A DNA stretch of 64,000 bases. Origin: Chrysomallon squamiferum. Taxonomy: Eukaryota > Animalia > Mollusca. Shown here one piece after another: positions 1-14,400 of the stretch. Under the pieces are notes generated by a model. The model searched no databases. It was not told where the DNA came from and worked only from the letters and a program-made list of their open reading frames with translations. The position numbers were made by a program, and so were the translations under genes. The first letter of the stretch is position 1. Each line of letters opens with the position of its first letter. The DNA lies in contig CM022673.1 of the NCBI GenBank assembly GCA_012295275.1, positions 4,588,001-4,652,000 on the forward strand, given 5' to 3'.

Positions 1-274
1 TTCTTTTAATTGTGGGCACCATGATGGCTGTCATGAAGGAAAGATTTCTAAGTGGCAAGTGCCGTACTTGTGAGTGAGTTTGCTAGAGGTAGTGGTAGCC
101 AAGTGGATAATACACTAGGGCTTCTTTTTCCGGTGGTCATTAGCGAACGCTGGAACTTAGATGGGCATCTTATGTGCTCTGGGCAGTTATGTTTTGGTTT
201 TTGTAGTTTTTGAACAAGACAGCGAAATTAGAATAGTTACATATCCAGACAAATTATAGATCTGTCGGTTTGTT

Positions 275-450
275 TTACCTACCTATCTACATATCTACCT
301 ATCTACCTACCTACCTATCTACCTATCTACCTACCTACCTATCTACATATCTATCAATGCATCTTTATAGTTATATATATATAGAGAGAGAGAGACACAC
401 ACACAAACATGCATATGTGTCAGAATGTGTGTGTGTGTGTGTGTGTGTGT
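275..450. repeat. Compound microsatellite (TACC/TATC)n, (TA)n, (GA)n, (CA)n, (TG)n
   Basis: Seen directly. Confidence 0.9.
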
Positions 451-1094
451 TATTGTCAGTAAAAAATGGATATCTCTACATGCTTTAAAACTACAACCAA
501 AATTTTCTTCTGTGAAAAAAAGCAAATTTTTTTTTTTTTTTGCAACTGTTAGAGTTGTTTTTGTTTTAAATTAATGATAATGGATTTATAATCTAATAAA
601 ACTCTCTTTGGTTTCACACCTCTATATTCCATCAAATAATTTATGTTTGTGTTCATTAACTATACTGTCAAATAATTTTCAAACACAACCTTTTTTTTTT
701 TTTTTACTAATATATTAAAAATTTCTTTATTCATCATGCGTCTGTTTATTCATTTAAAGGGAGTAGGTTAACAAAATCAGTATAAAATACCTTAATAATA
801 ACAGTTTTTTAACCTTTCCTAGGAACATCCTGCTACTATAGTCTTTAAAAACTAACAAAAAAAATAAAATATATTCATTACTCTTAACCTCCAAATATTC
901 ATGCACTGCATTTTTTGTTTATTATTATTATTATTAACCTTTGCCACAAAATATTGATACTAAATAACAATTCTTAAAAAACAAAATATAAACTATTTTC
1001 AGAAAATGCTTATATTTTTTACTATTTACTATAAAATATTGCTACATTTTATTTTTTGCAATTCTTTTTTTTTTCTAGATTTGATTTAAAATAT

Positions 1095-1560
1095 TCTAGA
1101 TAATAATCATTAACTTTAAAAAAAAAAAATCAGAATTAAGCTACCTTTAAATAGTATTCATTAATTTGTTTCAACAAAATATTGTTTATATATATACACA
1201 GTGATTTTTGTTTCAAAAATACTGTTTAAAATACTTCCAGATAATAATCATTAATCTATACTACAACATTTTAATACAACAACATTTCTTCTTTGGAATA
1301 CAAATTTCAATTTTCAAAAATTCTTCCAGATAATAACCATTAACCTACATCACAAAAATTTTAATATCAACAACCATTTCTTCTTTGAAAATAAAAATCT
1401 CAATTCAAAAAAAAAAAATTATTCATGATTATAATCGTTAACCTACAACTACAAAATATTTATACCAACAACTAATTTCTTCTTAATAATAAAATAAAAT
1501 TTAAAAAAATAAAAAAAAAATCCATTTTTGAAATACCTTGAGATAAAACTCATTACCACC
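1095..1560 (+). repeat. Diverged ~90-140 bp tandem repeat, ~5 copies
   Basis: Recurring CAGATAATAATCATTAACCTACA..CAACAAC.ATTTCTTC motif. Confidence 0.7.
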
Positions 1561-3508
1561 TGTCTCCCCCCACACACAAGAGACATTGGTATAATCTACA
1601 TTCTAAGGAATGACAGAGATATAAGGATGTGGCATTTTCTTCTACCGACATTTGTGGTTGGTGCTGTCGCAGGTTTTGCAACCCAGTGATTGAGAAGCGC
1701 AGAGCCTCGCAGATTTGTACACTTTCATTCGTTCCAACGCGCTGGCAGCTGGGGTTAAGGCCTGATGAGGTTTTGTGATGAATTACAAGTGGATTTGAAT
1801 CAGCACCAGGCTACAGCTGGCTAACTTAATTGTCTTAGCAAGATTTTTGGAGAAAAACGACAAAGGAGAAGGAAAGAGAAACAACAACCAAAAAAAAAAA
1901 AATAATAATAATAATAATAGTTATCAGTTCGGGTTTTTTTTTTTTTGGAAATCTCGGATGGTTGTGAAAAATGCTTGTTGTTTTAAGGTGAGATTGATTA
2001 ATATTTGAAGATTATTTTTCATTGTTTTATGTGTTAAAAATATGAATTTTTTTTTTTTTTTAATTCAAGATAAGATAGTTTCCTTTGATGAATGAGGCAT
2101 CGTGTTAAATGTATTATGTTAATTTATTTTATTTTGTAAACATCAGGAATTAGGTACATGTGTGTTTTTATTAGTGTTTTCAAATAACATTAATGTATTA
2201 TGAAAAATGTTGAGACTTATTTGACTTTTTGTTTATATTTTTACTGAATAAGATTTCATGATTAATAATTTCTTTCATTTTGGTTTTGAAAATGTTTCTT
2301 TTAACACTTCAATTTCTTTTTCAATGTTAACTTTAAAATAAAAATTCACAAAATTCTTAGTAAGCTGTACTGGAATAAAGTTTTTTTTTTTACTGATAAA
2401 CTACTATAGCACACCATTTTTCAAAATTTATCTTTAATTAATTCTGTTCTGAAAAATAACCTTTTGGCATAAAAATATGCTGAGTGTATCTTGAAAAGAT
2501 CAAAAGATTATATTCAGATAAGCATATATGAATACACTGATGATATTTGTACCCAAAAAAATATTTGCATTTAAATAATTTATGATCACCGCAGCCATAG
2601 TGTTTTCCTTATCTCAATGATTTCTTAAATCATTTGATTTATTTTATTTCTATTTTTATTTATTTTATTTTACTTTTTTTACCAACAGAACCCCCATAAA
2701 TTTTGGTGTTTTTTTTTTTTCTATTCTTAATCACTGTTCTCTAAAAACATGAAAACATAAGTTTAACAATCATCTTTTATACCATAACAATGCTTTTAAA
2801 AAGTTAAAGCTTGTTAAGTACATAATTTGAAAAAAAACACCAAAAATTGAAAACAATGTCAAAGTAAAAGAATATTTTTTGCAGAATACAAATTGCGAGC
2901 ACAAGAAATTATTAAAAAAAATTCATGTTTCTGAACACACTTTCATACACCAAACAACATTTTCAACAAACTTATGTTTGCATTTCTTTAAACATGGTTA
3001 GAAGGCAAAAATGTGTTCTTTAATTAAAAGCTCTTTTTTTTTTTTGTTCAATAATCCTTCGACACATCAACATGCTAGATTGATTACTTAGCACGTTGTA
3101 ATCACAGTGAGGCAGTCATGCCTGGCTGCACACGAATGCAGAGATAAAAGTGTTCGCACATTGTCTTCTTTGTTCTGTGTTTTGCTCGGATTTGTACAGA
3201 TTCTCCACAAACAATTTCCTTTCCGTCAGAGAACCTGCTTTTTACAATCCACTGATGATTTTCGGGTTTTTTTCTTCTTTTTTTTTTCTTTGTTTCATTA
3301 TCAACGTGGATCTCGGTTGTCACTTCCTTGTCTTGTTTGACTGGCTTGTTAGTATGTGTGATGAAAATATTACTGTTTATTATTATTATTTTTATTTTTA
3401 ATTCATTATTTAATCTTCTTTTATTTACGTTTTTACAAGGGGAAAGAAAAAAAAAATTGGGTAGATTAAGGCTGTTCTTAAAACCATAAATGTTGGAATC
3501 TTTTGAAA

Positions 3509-3545
<37 letters not shown>

Positions 3546-4179
3546 TACTTTGAGTGTATTTTGTATTCTGTAACATGTATATACTTGCATGCATCAGTAC
3601 TGAAAAAATATCGCATATTTACAGATTTAATAGATATTGCTTAATTACTTATTGAAATATTCCCTTCCTTTTTTATTATTATCATTATTATTATTATTTT
3701 TTTTTTTTTAAGTTCTAAATATTTTTAACATGGTCTTTTCAGAAGCATCTGTTCTGAATCTTCTTAAATCCTTTGTATAAGCTGATTTCAAACACATCTG
3801 CAAAAAATCATTAAAATCTTCTTTTAAAGTATTTTTAATATGTAGATTTTGGATACATCTGTTTTAAATCCTGTAAGGATATGTTTTTAATCCTTGATAA
3901 AAAATTATTTATTTGTAATCCTTGATAAAAAGAATAAAAAAATAGATTTATTAATGTTGTAAGTAACAGCACAAGATAGCAGAATTTAAGCACTTTTGGA
4001 AATTATAATAATTTTAAAGTAGTAGTAGTAGTTGTAGTAGTAGTAGCAGTAGCGATGGTGGTGGAGGTTGTGGTGACAGTGTTAATACTGTTATTTCTAC
4101 TATGACTTTAGTTACTATTACCATAATTAGCAATTACTTTTTCTATAGCTATTAGTAGTACTACTATCGCAACAGCCAG

Positions 4180-4215
<36 letters not shown>

Positions 4216-4593
4216 CACTGCTACCACTACTGGTGCTGGTTCAAAATATTCTTACTATTTTTTTTCAATTAATTGTTTTAATTATAGTATAAATAGTGTT
4301 AAAACAAAAAAAATTGTCATCATTACTTTCTTCTTCTCAAATTATTTATTTATTTTTTTATTATTATTTTTATTTTTTTATGTTTTCTCTTATATCCATT
4401 TACATGTTATTTAATCAATTTTCATTTATAAAAAATTAAAAAAAAAAAAAAAAAATTCACTATATTCATTGAGAATAAATTATTTTAAAATTCCGCTATT
4501 TTTAAAAACAGCACCAAGGTTCACAAAAAGGTTTTGGCAAGATTTATTCCTTCTGAAACCAGTGATTCAAAAAAAAAAAAAAAAATGTTCTTA

Positions 4594-4607
4594 GTTGCCA
4601 TGACAAC
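4594..4607. promoter_or_regulatory. RFX X-box GTTGCCATGACAAC
   Basis: One mismatch from the palindromic consensus. Confidence 0.5.
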
Positions 4608-4853
4608 CACAAAAATTATCACCTCCTTAACGCTATACTGAGGTATTAATAATGTCTAATGTATAAAGAGCTTTTTGACTAATGGACTAACTTAATTGTG
4701 TTATAGGTTTATGAACAGATACAACTAAACTGTATTTACAGTCAGGTTTACCAGTAGCCCATAATGAAATGAACTAGTAAAAATAGGCCAATTACTAAGT
4801 TAACATAATTAATTATTCAGTTTAGTTTCTTTTCTTTTCTGGATTTTTATAAA

Positions 4854-4888
<35 letters not shown>

Positions 4889-5057
4889 TTTTAATTATCT
4901 TTTTTCAGAAATCTATCATTTTCTAGTAAGAAAATGAACTTTAAAATACAAATATTAGGCCATATGACAGCAGATTTTTTTTATAATTTTTAAATTTAGA
5001 ATTAATTTCCTGATATTAGCAGTCCAACTAAATGATGAAATGATTATTTTATTTTAT

Positions 5058-5089
<32 letters not shown>

Positions 5090-7031
5090 TTGTAACAATT
5101 ATTAGTTGATGATTCTCACCCCCAGAAATAATAAATAAATAAATAAATAAATTAAAAAAAACATATTTAAAAACAAACAGAAGATAGTCATTATAATCAC
5201 TGTCAGCAATAAAAAATAATAATAAAGAAATATTCCATTTTATTAACATAATTATTATAACAACAGTGTTTGAAAATGAAATTAAAAAAAATAACCTCTG
5301 TCTTTTTTATTAACATAATTATTATAATCACAGTGTCAGTAAATGTTTTGTTTGAAATTGGCCCACAATTACGGGAGTAAAGTTTAATATGTTGTATAAC
5401 ACATAACACCGGTAATTACACAATGACATATTGATTATAACACACAGCCTTAAATTAGGAGTATTAGTTCAATTCTTCATTTTCAATTTTTTCTTCATCT
5501 TCCATTTTTTTTCTTTCTTTTTTTCATTCTCATTTCTGTACATTTTTGTTCGTTCATTGTCTTTCTTTTTCTCCTCCCCACATGTTCAAAGCAAACAAAT
5601 TTAAACAGAAAAATAATTAAATTTCACTGTAATTCAGTTTGTTTTTTGGAGCCAATGGAAAGCTTTCTTACATAAAGAACTGAAAGAAAATTGTGCACAT
5701 CAAAGACATTTTCAAAGCTGCCGAACTAATCAAGTATTGATATACTGTTTTAAGAAACTGAACAGTGTTTTTTCTATGCGAGAAATATAGTTAAAAAGTT
5801 AATTGGAAATGGTCTTAGATCCTTGCTGAGGTATTATGTACGTCAGTTTTAATTAAAAATAAAAAAGGGATGAAAAAAACATCAATAAAATTTTATTATC
5901 AATATACTCGTGTTTGGACCTGTAATGTCTGTTTTGTTCTACGTGAGATGGGAAATAGTCCTTTGTCAGGGATCAAAATCTGTTTTTTTCTTTTATTAAT
6001 AGAAAACGGGTAGAATTTTATTATCTAGAAGCACTGAAGTCATTAGAAGTGTATTATTAATTAAGGTGATCTTAAGGTGAAACTACTGTACAGACCTATT
6101 TTTTTTGAAGACATGTTTATTTTCAGTAAATAGATTTTAAAAATTATTTTAATAAACTCTAGAATGATTACGCATGTTATTAATTAAGATCAGTTTAAAA
6201 TGTAACAAATAATTAAATAACTTTAAATAAATAATTTTTAAAATGTGATCAAAATAATATAATAAGTCTATAGAAAAAATATATATAAAAATGTACAGAG
6301 GTTTACAATATATATATATATATTTTATTTTTTAAAATTACAGTTTATGTTACACATAAATGTTTCTAACACACCTAGTTAAATAACATTTATTTCATAT
6401 CAGATTTTATTTTTTTTTATTTTTTTTTTAAATTACTGTCCTGGTTTTAGGTTTTTTTTGTTGATATTTTTTTTAGTACATACATAAGCAATACTATAGT
6501 TAAGAATGTTAAAAAGATTTTCCATTTTCTTAAGACAAAAATTTTGAAAACATTTCATATGTTAAACTTCATTTTGACATTTGAATAGACGGGTTTCACA
6601 AAAGAATTTAGATAATGTTTTTTGGCTCATGTTTGCCTTCTGTTTTTATTAATAATGATTTGCAGAAGCAGCTGTACCCATTAAAAAGTGAAAATATTTT
6701 AATATAAATTAATATCTTTGAGAAAACATGACTCTGCCAGTCAGAAAACAATAATTTGTGGCAATATGACACTGGTTCTCTTCTTTGTGTGTGTTTGTCT
6801 CTGAGACAGGGCTCCAGTTACAAAATAATAACAATTGTAAGAAAACAGTTTGGAATAAGAAAAAAACTGCATTAAAAATAAAAAATATTATATATGCTTG
6901 AAGGACATAGCTTACAGAAGTTATGGCATGATTTGAAAAGTATGTACTCATCTGTACTGTATGTATGTCTAAATAAAACAAAGCAAACATGTATATTATA
7001 CAATATATTCAAGTTAAGATGTGCTTAAAAT

Positions 7032-7068
<37 letters not shown>

Positions 7069-9984
7069 CAGCTACGAAATGGTTAAAACAACTCGGTTAC
7101 ACTGAGCCTTTGTTTGATACAGAAAAAAATACATTAAACCATACATGTCAAAGCTAAATTTATTGAAGCTATGCATGGCTAGATTTTTATCCAAATTAAA
7201 AGTTTATGGAACCAGTGTATGGTTAAATCATGACATAATTTAATGAAACAGTTTGCTGATACCGTGTTTGGTCAGAGCACAGAAACAATTTAATGAAGCT
7301 TTATATGACAGAGCAAAATTTACTGATGGTATTGACACTTAAAATGATGGCAGAATTTAATGAAGGTTTTCAGTTTAAATCGTAGTGAAATGAACTGAAG
7401 TTGTGTATATGGTTAAAGAATTTAAACACTTAATTAAAGGCAATAGGACAATAATGAATGTTATTAAGAAAAAAATATATATAAAGAATAAAGTGTGTGT
7501 TTGAATGTGTGTGTGTCTGAGTCAGTGTGTGTGTGTGCATATGTATGTTTCTGAGAGAGAGATTAAAGTTAATGTTGATTGCAAGCAATTATTTTTTGAA
7601 GATCTACTTAATGAAAAACAGAAATATAAAATTTATATTAATTGTTTTAAAATATATATTTCCATTAAGTATATGTTCTGTCATCTGATTCTAGAAATTT
7701 TTCAACTCTTACTTAAAACGCTGCAGTATTTGTTTTCCTCAGAGAGAGAAGAGCATTCATTTCAGTATGGATTTATAACTTGTTGTTTCTATTTTTAAAA
7801 TTCCTTAACAAGTGTCTTTTGGTGCAGTTTGTGGAAATAGCATTTAATTATTGACATAATTTAAAAATTTTAAAAGACTTTCAAAATTTTATTTATTTCA
7901 GTCATGCTCTGGTTTTTTTTTTTTTTTTTTTTTTTTATAAAATAAATTTATTTCATGTCTTTAAAATTGCGACAGGTTTGTAATTTATGAAGAAACAAAT
8001 TTCAAAAAGAGGCGGTGCTTCTTTCCTACATCAGCGTTCACCTACAAACAGGAGCTCTGCCGATGCTGATGTCACAGTGAAATGACTCAGCCCTATTTTT
8101 AACACAACACCTTATTAGACACCACCGAACAGCAGTCGGTTGTTGTCTTCGTGACACAGAAAACAATTTACCAGTGCAAGAAGAAAATGGCCATTTGAAA
8201 TCCTTTAATACATCCATCTATTCTCAATGCGATGGCGTTCGGCTGCTTTTCCCGTCGTCTTCATTTCTTAACAGCAGTGGTGTTTGAGCAGCTGGTGCTA
8301 AATGCTAATACAAAATAGTCCATAATAATCAAACCTGATAGAACCTTTATCAGTATTGACTTTCCATCTTTCCACTTGACAGCTGTATTGAAAAAAAAAA
8401 AAAAAAAAAAATTATATAAAAAAAAAATATATAGAATAAAAGCTACTTTTATCTTTATCCATTTGTCAGCACCCTAGCTTGTACATTACGACTAGAAAGA
8501 CTTTAAATTGGACATGACAGGTGGCTGACTGCTTCTCTGTTTCTCTTCTCCGATCTGGCGAGGGAAAAAGCTCTTGCTGTCCAGCTTCGCTCGCTCTCTC
8601 TCTCCTCTCTCTGCATGTGACGCTTTCAGTACGTTTCCTGTTAACAATATCCAGTCCCAGTGGAAACATGTTTTCCCACTGTTCATTAAATATGGATACT
8701 GTTGAGAGTATCAGGTCTGCTTCTCAAATCTGAGCTTGCACAGATTAGATGTGTATTGAAAGCAATATTTTCCCATGAGATCTCTCTCTATTGACCATCA
8801 ACATGCAGCAGCCATTTGTAAAAACAGCTGAGTTGCAGAAATGTCAGGGGACATTTTTTGATTGGCTGAATTTAGACAAGGTTCGGTGTAAATTTCGGAA
8901 AAATGATTAAAAAAACGTGTTTCCAGAAAATATTCGAGTTAATAAAAATAGAAATAATAATAAGATATTAAAATAATGCCTGAATATTAAAAAAATAGTT
9001 TTAAAAAATACTTGAGTTAATAAAAGTATAATAAAATATTAAAATAATATATCAACATTAAAAAATTATATATATATATATAAAATATTGAAGTCAAATA
9101 TTAAACATAAGATTTTAGATATGAAATCTATATAAATGAGATATTAAAAGCTTATATATTGAAAACATTAAATTTTAAAAATAAGATAATTTATTTATTT
9201 TTAAAAGCACGTTAATAACATTTAATATTGATTCTAATTACATTGGTGAAAAATAAATGAATTAATTGTTCATGTAAGCCCATTACTAGAAATACAAACA
9301 AGTTATTTATCTCCAAAACTCTGTTCTCCATTTTAAGCTAGTAAAATATTTATGTTTATGTTAACAATGTTTTCAAATAGTATTAATGAATCAGAATTAT
9401 ACATAGACATATTTTGTAATTCTGTATGATGTTTATGTTCATAATTTATACACACACATACATACACACATACATACATACATACATACATACGTATATG
9501 AGCATGACGTATATAAAAAAGAGTTGTATTCTAATTAATTTTTGAAAAGAAAACTTGTCTACCTGTTTTATTTCCAGTTGCTTTGCCATAGTCATCTGGG
9601 GATTTTGATTTTTAACACTGTGTATGTGAAACTGTGTGAACTATTACTCTGTGATATTTCACCTCCCTGATTGCTAATTTTGGACTTTTTCTGAATCCAA
9701 TCATAAATAAAAAATTTAATAATTCTTCTTATTATTATTGTTATTTTCTTAATGTTTATTTTTTTAAATTATTATTACCAAAAACAAGGTTTTATATAAG
9801 CTTTATAGTTATTATTTTTAAAAAAAAACTAGGCTTTGAAATTCAAGTGCTATAGAAATCCACAGTTCACATCTCTTTAGTTTAGTAAAAAAATAATAAT
9901 AACAAATATATTTTTTAAATTTATCTATATTAAATTGTCAGATCTTATTTAATACCAAATTCAAAAAGAAAATCATAAAAAAAA

Positions 9985-10760
9985 CATAGACTGGTTTTCA
10001 AAACTGAAACATTATCAGAATTCACATATCAAGAAGATATATTTGATTTAAACCATTTTTTATTTCCACGAAACAAAAACATATTTTTAAAAAACAAAAA
10101 CGAAAAGGGACTTTGAAACAGACTGGTTTTTAAAAACTCAAACTATCAGAATTCCCAAACCAAACAAGATATCCAAAAACATGTTTAAACTAAAATATTA
10201 AAAAAACAACATGACTTTGAAATAGACTGATATTCGGAAAAACTTCGAACATTATCAGAATTCCCATACCTAACAAGAGATTAAAAACATTTCTTTTTAT
10301 TCTTAAACTTTTTATTTGATTCGTAATATAAAACAATTTTAGTCCAAGTTATTTTTTAAAACAACAAGACTTCAAAATAGTCTGGTATTTGAAATTAGAA
10401 TTCCCATACCAAACAAAATATTTAAGGACGTATTTTATTCAAGACATATTTTTACACTTTTTACTTGATTCATATCAATATTTTTTTAAACTAATTTTAA
10501 AAAAAAAACCAGCAACACTTTGAAACAGACTGGTTTTTGAAAAAAATTCAGACATTATCAGAATTGCCAAACCAAACAAGAAATTTGTAACATTTTTTTT
10601 TTTAAATTAAAGATTCATTTTTATATTTCTTATTTGATTGATAATAAATATATTTTTGATTTAAATTATTATTTTAAAAAAAATCAAAATAAATCAAATC
10701 CCAAAAAAACAACAAAAAAAACCCAGTCTATGAAACGGACTGGTATTTGAAAAAACTCCT
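9985..10760 (+). repeat. Diverged tandem repeat, ~6 copies of 100-210 bp
   Basis: Recurring ACTTTGAAACAGACTGGTTTT..AAAA..ACATTATCAGAATTCCCATACCAAACAAGA motif. Confidence 0.8.
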
Positions 10761-11380
10761 GATGTAAAACTCCCCAGATCACACAACTCCATATTGATGT
10801 GTTTGATTTTCCAATATAGTTTTGTATTCTCTTCAGAGCTACAAGAAACAACTTGTCACTGCATCACTCTTCGTTTTTTTTTTCTTCTTCTCTTTTATTG
10901 CCAATAGTTGTTATTAAATATGCTTTGGAGTGTGAAATTCTTTTGACAATCCAGTTTTTCATTTCAGCTTGAAAGAGGAGAAATCTGTTTTTTATAGTGC
11001 TTTATACAGTGTATCATTATGCAACATATCATTAGTTTTGAGTTTATATATATTTGTAGATTTATATTTAATTTTGTTTATTTTTTTTAAATTTATTTTT
11101 ATTTTTATATAATTTTGTTTATTTCTGTTTGTTTAATGTTAATAGGTTTTCTGTTTATTTTATTTACTATTTTTTTTATTTACTTATGTATTTATTTATG
11201 TCTGTTTGGTTGTTTGTTGTTTACTTAACCATTACTGTTTATTTATTCAGTATCTTAGATATTAATGTTAGTGATAATTTTTGTTTGCATTTGAATTAAT
11301 GTCTGCTATACCAGTATCCATAAATATATATTTTCTTATGGCAGTTTTATTTATATTTATGGGATTTTTTCCTCTTACAG

Positions 11381-11454
11381 TCAAACCCGAAGTTGTTGGC
11401 CAACTGAACAAGGAATTTGGAGTGACTCTAGTGACAGCTGGAATTGGAAAAGAG
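11381..11454 (+). CDS. PTPRN: IA-2/PTPRN exon: end of lumenal SEA-like domain (xKPEVVGQLNKEFGVTLVTAGIGKE)
   Basis: Pyrimidine tract cctcttacag| and GAG|gtaaga; 74 nt, phase 1 to 0; resembles IA-2 ELEAQTGLQILQTGVGQR and joins in frame to the TM exon. Confidence 0.8.
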
Positions 11455-14400
11455 GTAAGACTTTTGTAAAATATATGTTAAATACCCCATAAATAAATTT
11501 ATCTTACATTTCCTCTTAGGAATCATTTTCTTCATTTTTCTTTTGCAATTTCTTCTTTTCTTCTCAATTTTTTTTTTTTTTTTTTTCTTGATCGTCACAT
11601 TCCACTTTTTCTCTTTATTTTCTTCTCATTTTTATCCTCCTACTTTTTTCTCTTTTCTACCTTCCTGTTCTATTCTTTTCTTCTTTTTTTTTCTTTTATG
11701 CCTGTCATTCAAAACAAAAAACAAAAATAAAAAACATTTACATATTTATTCAGTTTAATTATTTTTATTATTATTTTTTTTTAATTTTCTTAAATTTTAC
11801 AAGAACAATTTGTCATGACATTTTCCTCAAAGTTCATAATTAATTAATTAACTAATCAGCCCACTTCAGTTTCATCATTTATTCATTCTTTCATTTATTC
11901 ACTGCTGATATGGTTTTAGTTATTGTAATTTAATTTTGACCTTTGTTCTTCTAACCATACTAGCATCTGTGTTCATCATGATTAATACTTTCACCTGAAA
12001 ACAGTTTTACCTGTCACTTCCACACTTGTAATTATTAAAAATTAATTAACTGTAATAAACATACTTGAAAAAATAAAATAAATAACACACACACACTTTT
12101 AAAAAAAAAACATTATTAATAGTTGTGTAAGATATTTTTACCTAACAGAGCATTAATCTATTATATTACATATGTGAAAAGTAAAAAACAAAATTGTATC
12201 ATTTCTTTAAATTGTTAATTATTAAAAATTTACATCAGATTAGTTAACTGTAATAAACATAAAATACATATCACATTTAAAATAAGTTATTAGTAATTAT
12301 GTAACATAGTTTTACCTAACAATGAATTACTCTATTATATTATATATTTGAAAAAAAAAATTTCAACTGTTAATAATTTTATCCAACAATTAATTTATCT
12401 TATATGCTTTTCAATTATTAAAAATGACATCATATTAAAACACTTTAATATTACTTGAGAAAGTAAATATCTAAAATATTTCTTTAAAATTGTTAATAAC
12501 AACAGGCAATTACCTATTTTATTACATATTTGAAAAAAAAAAAGAAAAAAAAAAAAGAATTTAACAAAGACTAAACTGTAATATCACAAACATGAGAAAT
12601 ATAATATATAACACATTTTTTTTAAATTATTAATAATATCAGATATTTTTAACTGACAAAGACTTACCACTGATAACTTGGAGAGAAAAAAAAAAAGTTA
12701 TCACATTTTTCAAAATTAGTAATCGCATCTTACCACAATTTTGATCATCACAAAATTTAATACATTTTTTAACTTTTTTTTGTTATTTCAAATTTATAAT
12801 TATTACATCATATATTTTTAATTCATAAACAATTTATCCCCAGAGAATAAAATTGTAGAACCTGTATAACACTGCATATTAACTACACTGTCTGATAAAG
12901 CCATGTACAGCCTCGTAGGTTAACGGTTCATATCCCAGTGCTGCCTTCTGTTCATACAGTTAATGTAACATATGTAAGATTTCAACCACTTCTCTTCAAC
13001 ATTCTAACTCTAACACTGAACACTGTCAGTGGGTAAAAACACATTTCAAATGGTTGATTGACTCACTTGTATTGGCTCTGAGGTGGCAAGAATTAATTTG
13101 TCAGATTGTCAGTTTGAAACTTGAGCTGCTAAGAAATGGATCTTGTCAAATGCAAATCATAGATTTTTATGTTTGAACTGACAAAAATGTGAACAAATGT
13201 TTCTGCTACTCGCCTGTCACAGTTCCGATCTTTAAAAAAAAATCAACTAGAATAGGAATTATTCATGGAATAAATAATTAGTGATTGATCTGAATGCTAA
13301 AAGATATAGTTTTTGTATGCTCTTCTGAATTAGACACAGATTAATGGTCTTAGTGTAGCCTGTTAGTAAGATTAAACAACAGTGTGCATCTTTTACCAGA
13401 TAAACAGTAATTTTAATCTTCTTCAGTTTGACTTGATGACTGACAAGCAAATGGCAGCAGTATTTCAAAAAATTTAATGACAGTTCTTGTAAACAAGACA
13501 AAGTAATTGGTGTATCTTACATTTAAACTTAATAATTAACTGCTGTATCTTTATTGTACCTTACACAGAAAGAGACAATAAAGTCACTTTCAGATGACAT
13601 TTGCACCTCTTTCTATATCTTTGTTGTATCCAGTACTACTGTTATTTTGAACATGTCTTCTGCATAATATTGTACCTTGTTGGATCTTACATTCAAGAAA
13701 GTAACCTTTTGATCATATTCGTTGTAACCTTGTTGAATCTGGTACTAGCATTGATAATGTTATTTACTATTTATTTTTTGTCAGTTTGAAGATCACACAT
13801 GATACATGTATATGGACGTGTGTGTGTATGTGTGTGTGTGTGTGCACAAAATTATCAAGAATAAAGATTATATATATATGAGAGAGAGAGAGAGAGATGA
13901 CATGCTGATAACTATATTTTTTCTGTATCTGATTTTAACAGAATTAACTAATCTATAATCACACATTTAATAACAAGACTTAGCTGCATCAATTCACATA
14001 ACCTTACAGTACTGTACATTATATTTTTCTGTTCCTACACATATCTGTGATCACAAAATCAAGACCCAAACCTCCACCAGAAAACAGTGGCAATAAACAA
14101 AGAACTTGAGTTGGTTTGTTGTAAATCACACATCAGAAAAACCATATTGATTGGGGTTTGATGGATGCATCAAATTTCTCAGTTTATGATGCCATATGCC
14201 GTTTTATCTGGGCATCTCTTGTGTGTATTCAGCTTATCGCATTTCTTCAGCTCAGTTTGTAGAGGTGTTTTAATCATACAGATATCGTTGTGGATCAGTG
14301 GTCAGAGCACAAGAATGAGGAATGACAGTCTGCATGATCAGGCCTCCTCGATATCTGATCTGGCTAATTCCCAATCCAACCAGTGCTCCATAACAAGTTT

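Noticed and set aside
1673-1755. Possible upstream IA-2 exon after gtcgcag
   Set aside because: No IA-2-like translation and no convincing donor of the required phase.
1762-1800. CTGATGAG hammerhead-like core or snoRNA C-box (also ~20579 and ~50167)
   Set aside because: No stem II followed by GAAA, no closing helices and no terminal stem with a D box.
1799-1820. REST/NRSE-like TCAGCACCAGGCTACAGC
   Set aside because: Right half-site does not match GGACAG, and REST is not established in protostomes.
3102-3590. 162-aa minus-strand ORF, the longest in the track
   Set aside because: Runs through a (CA)n microsatellite and A tracts; no recognisable domain.
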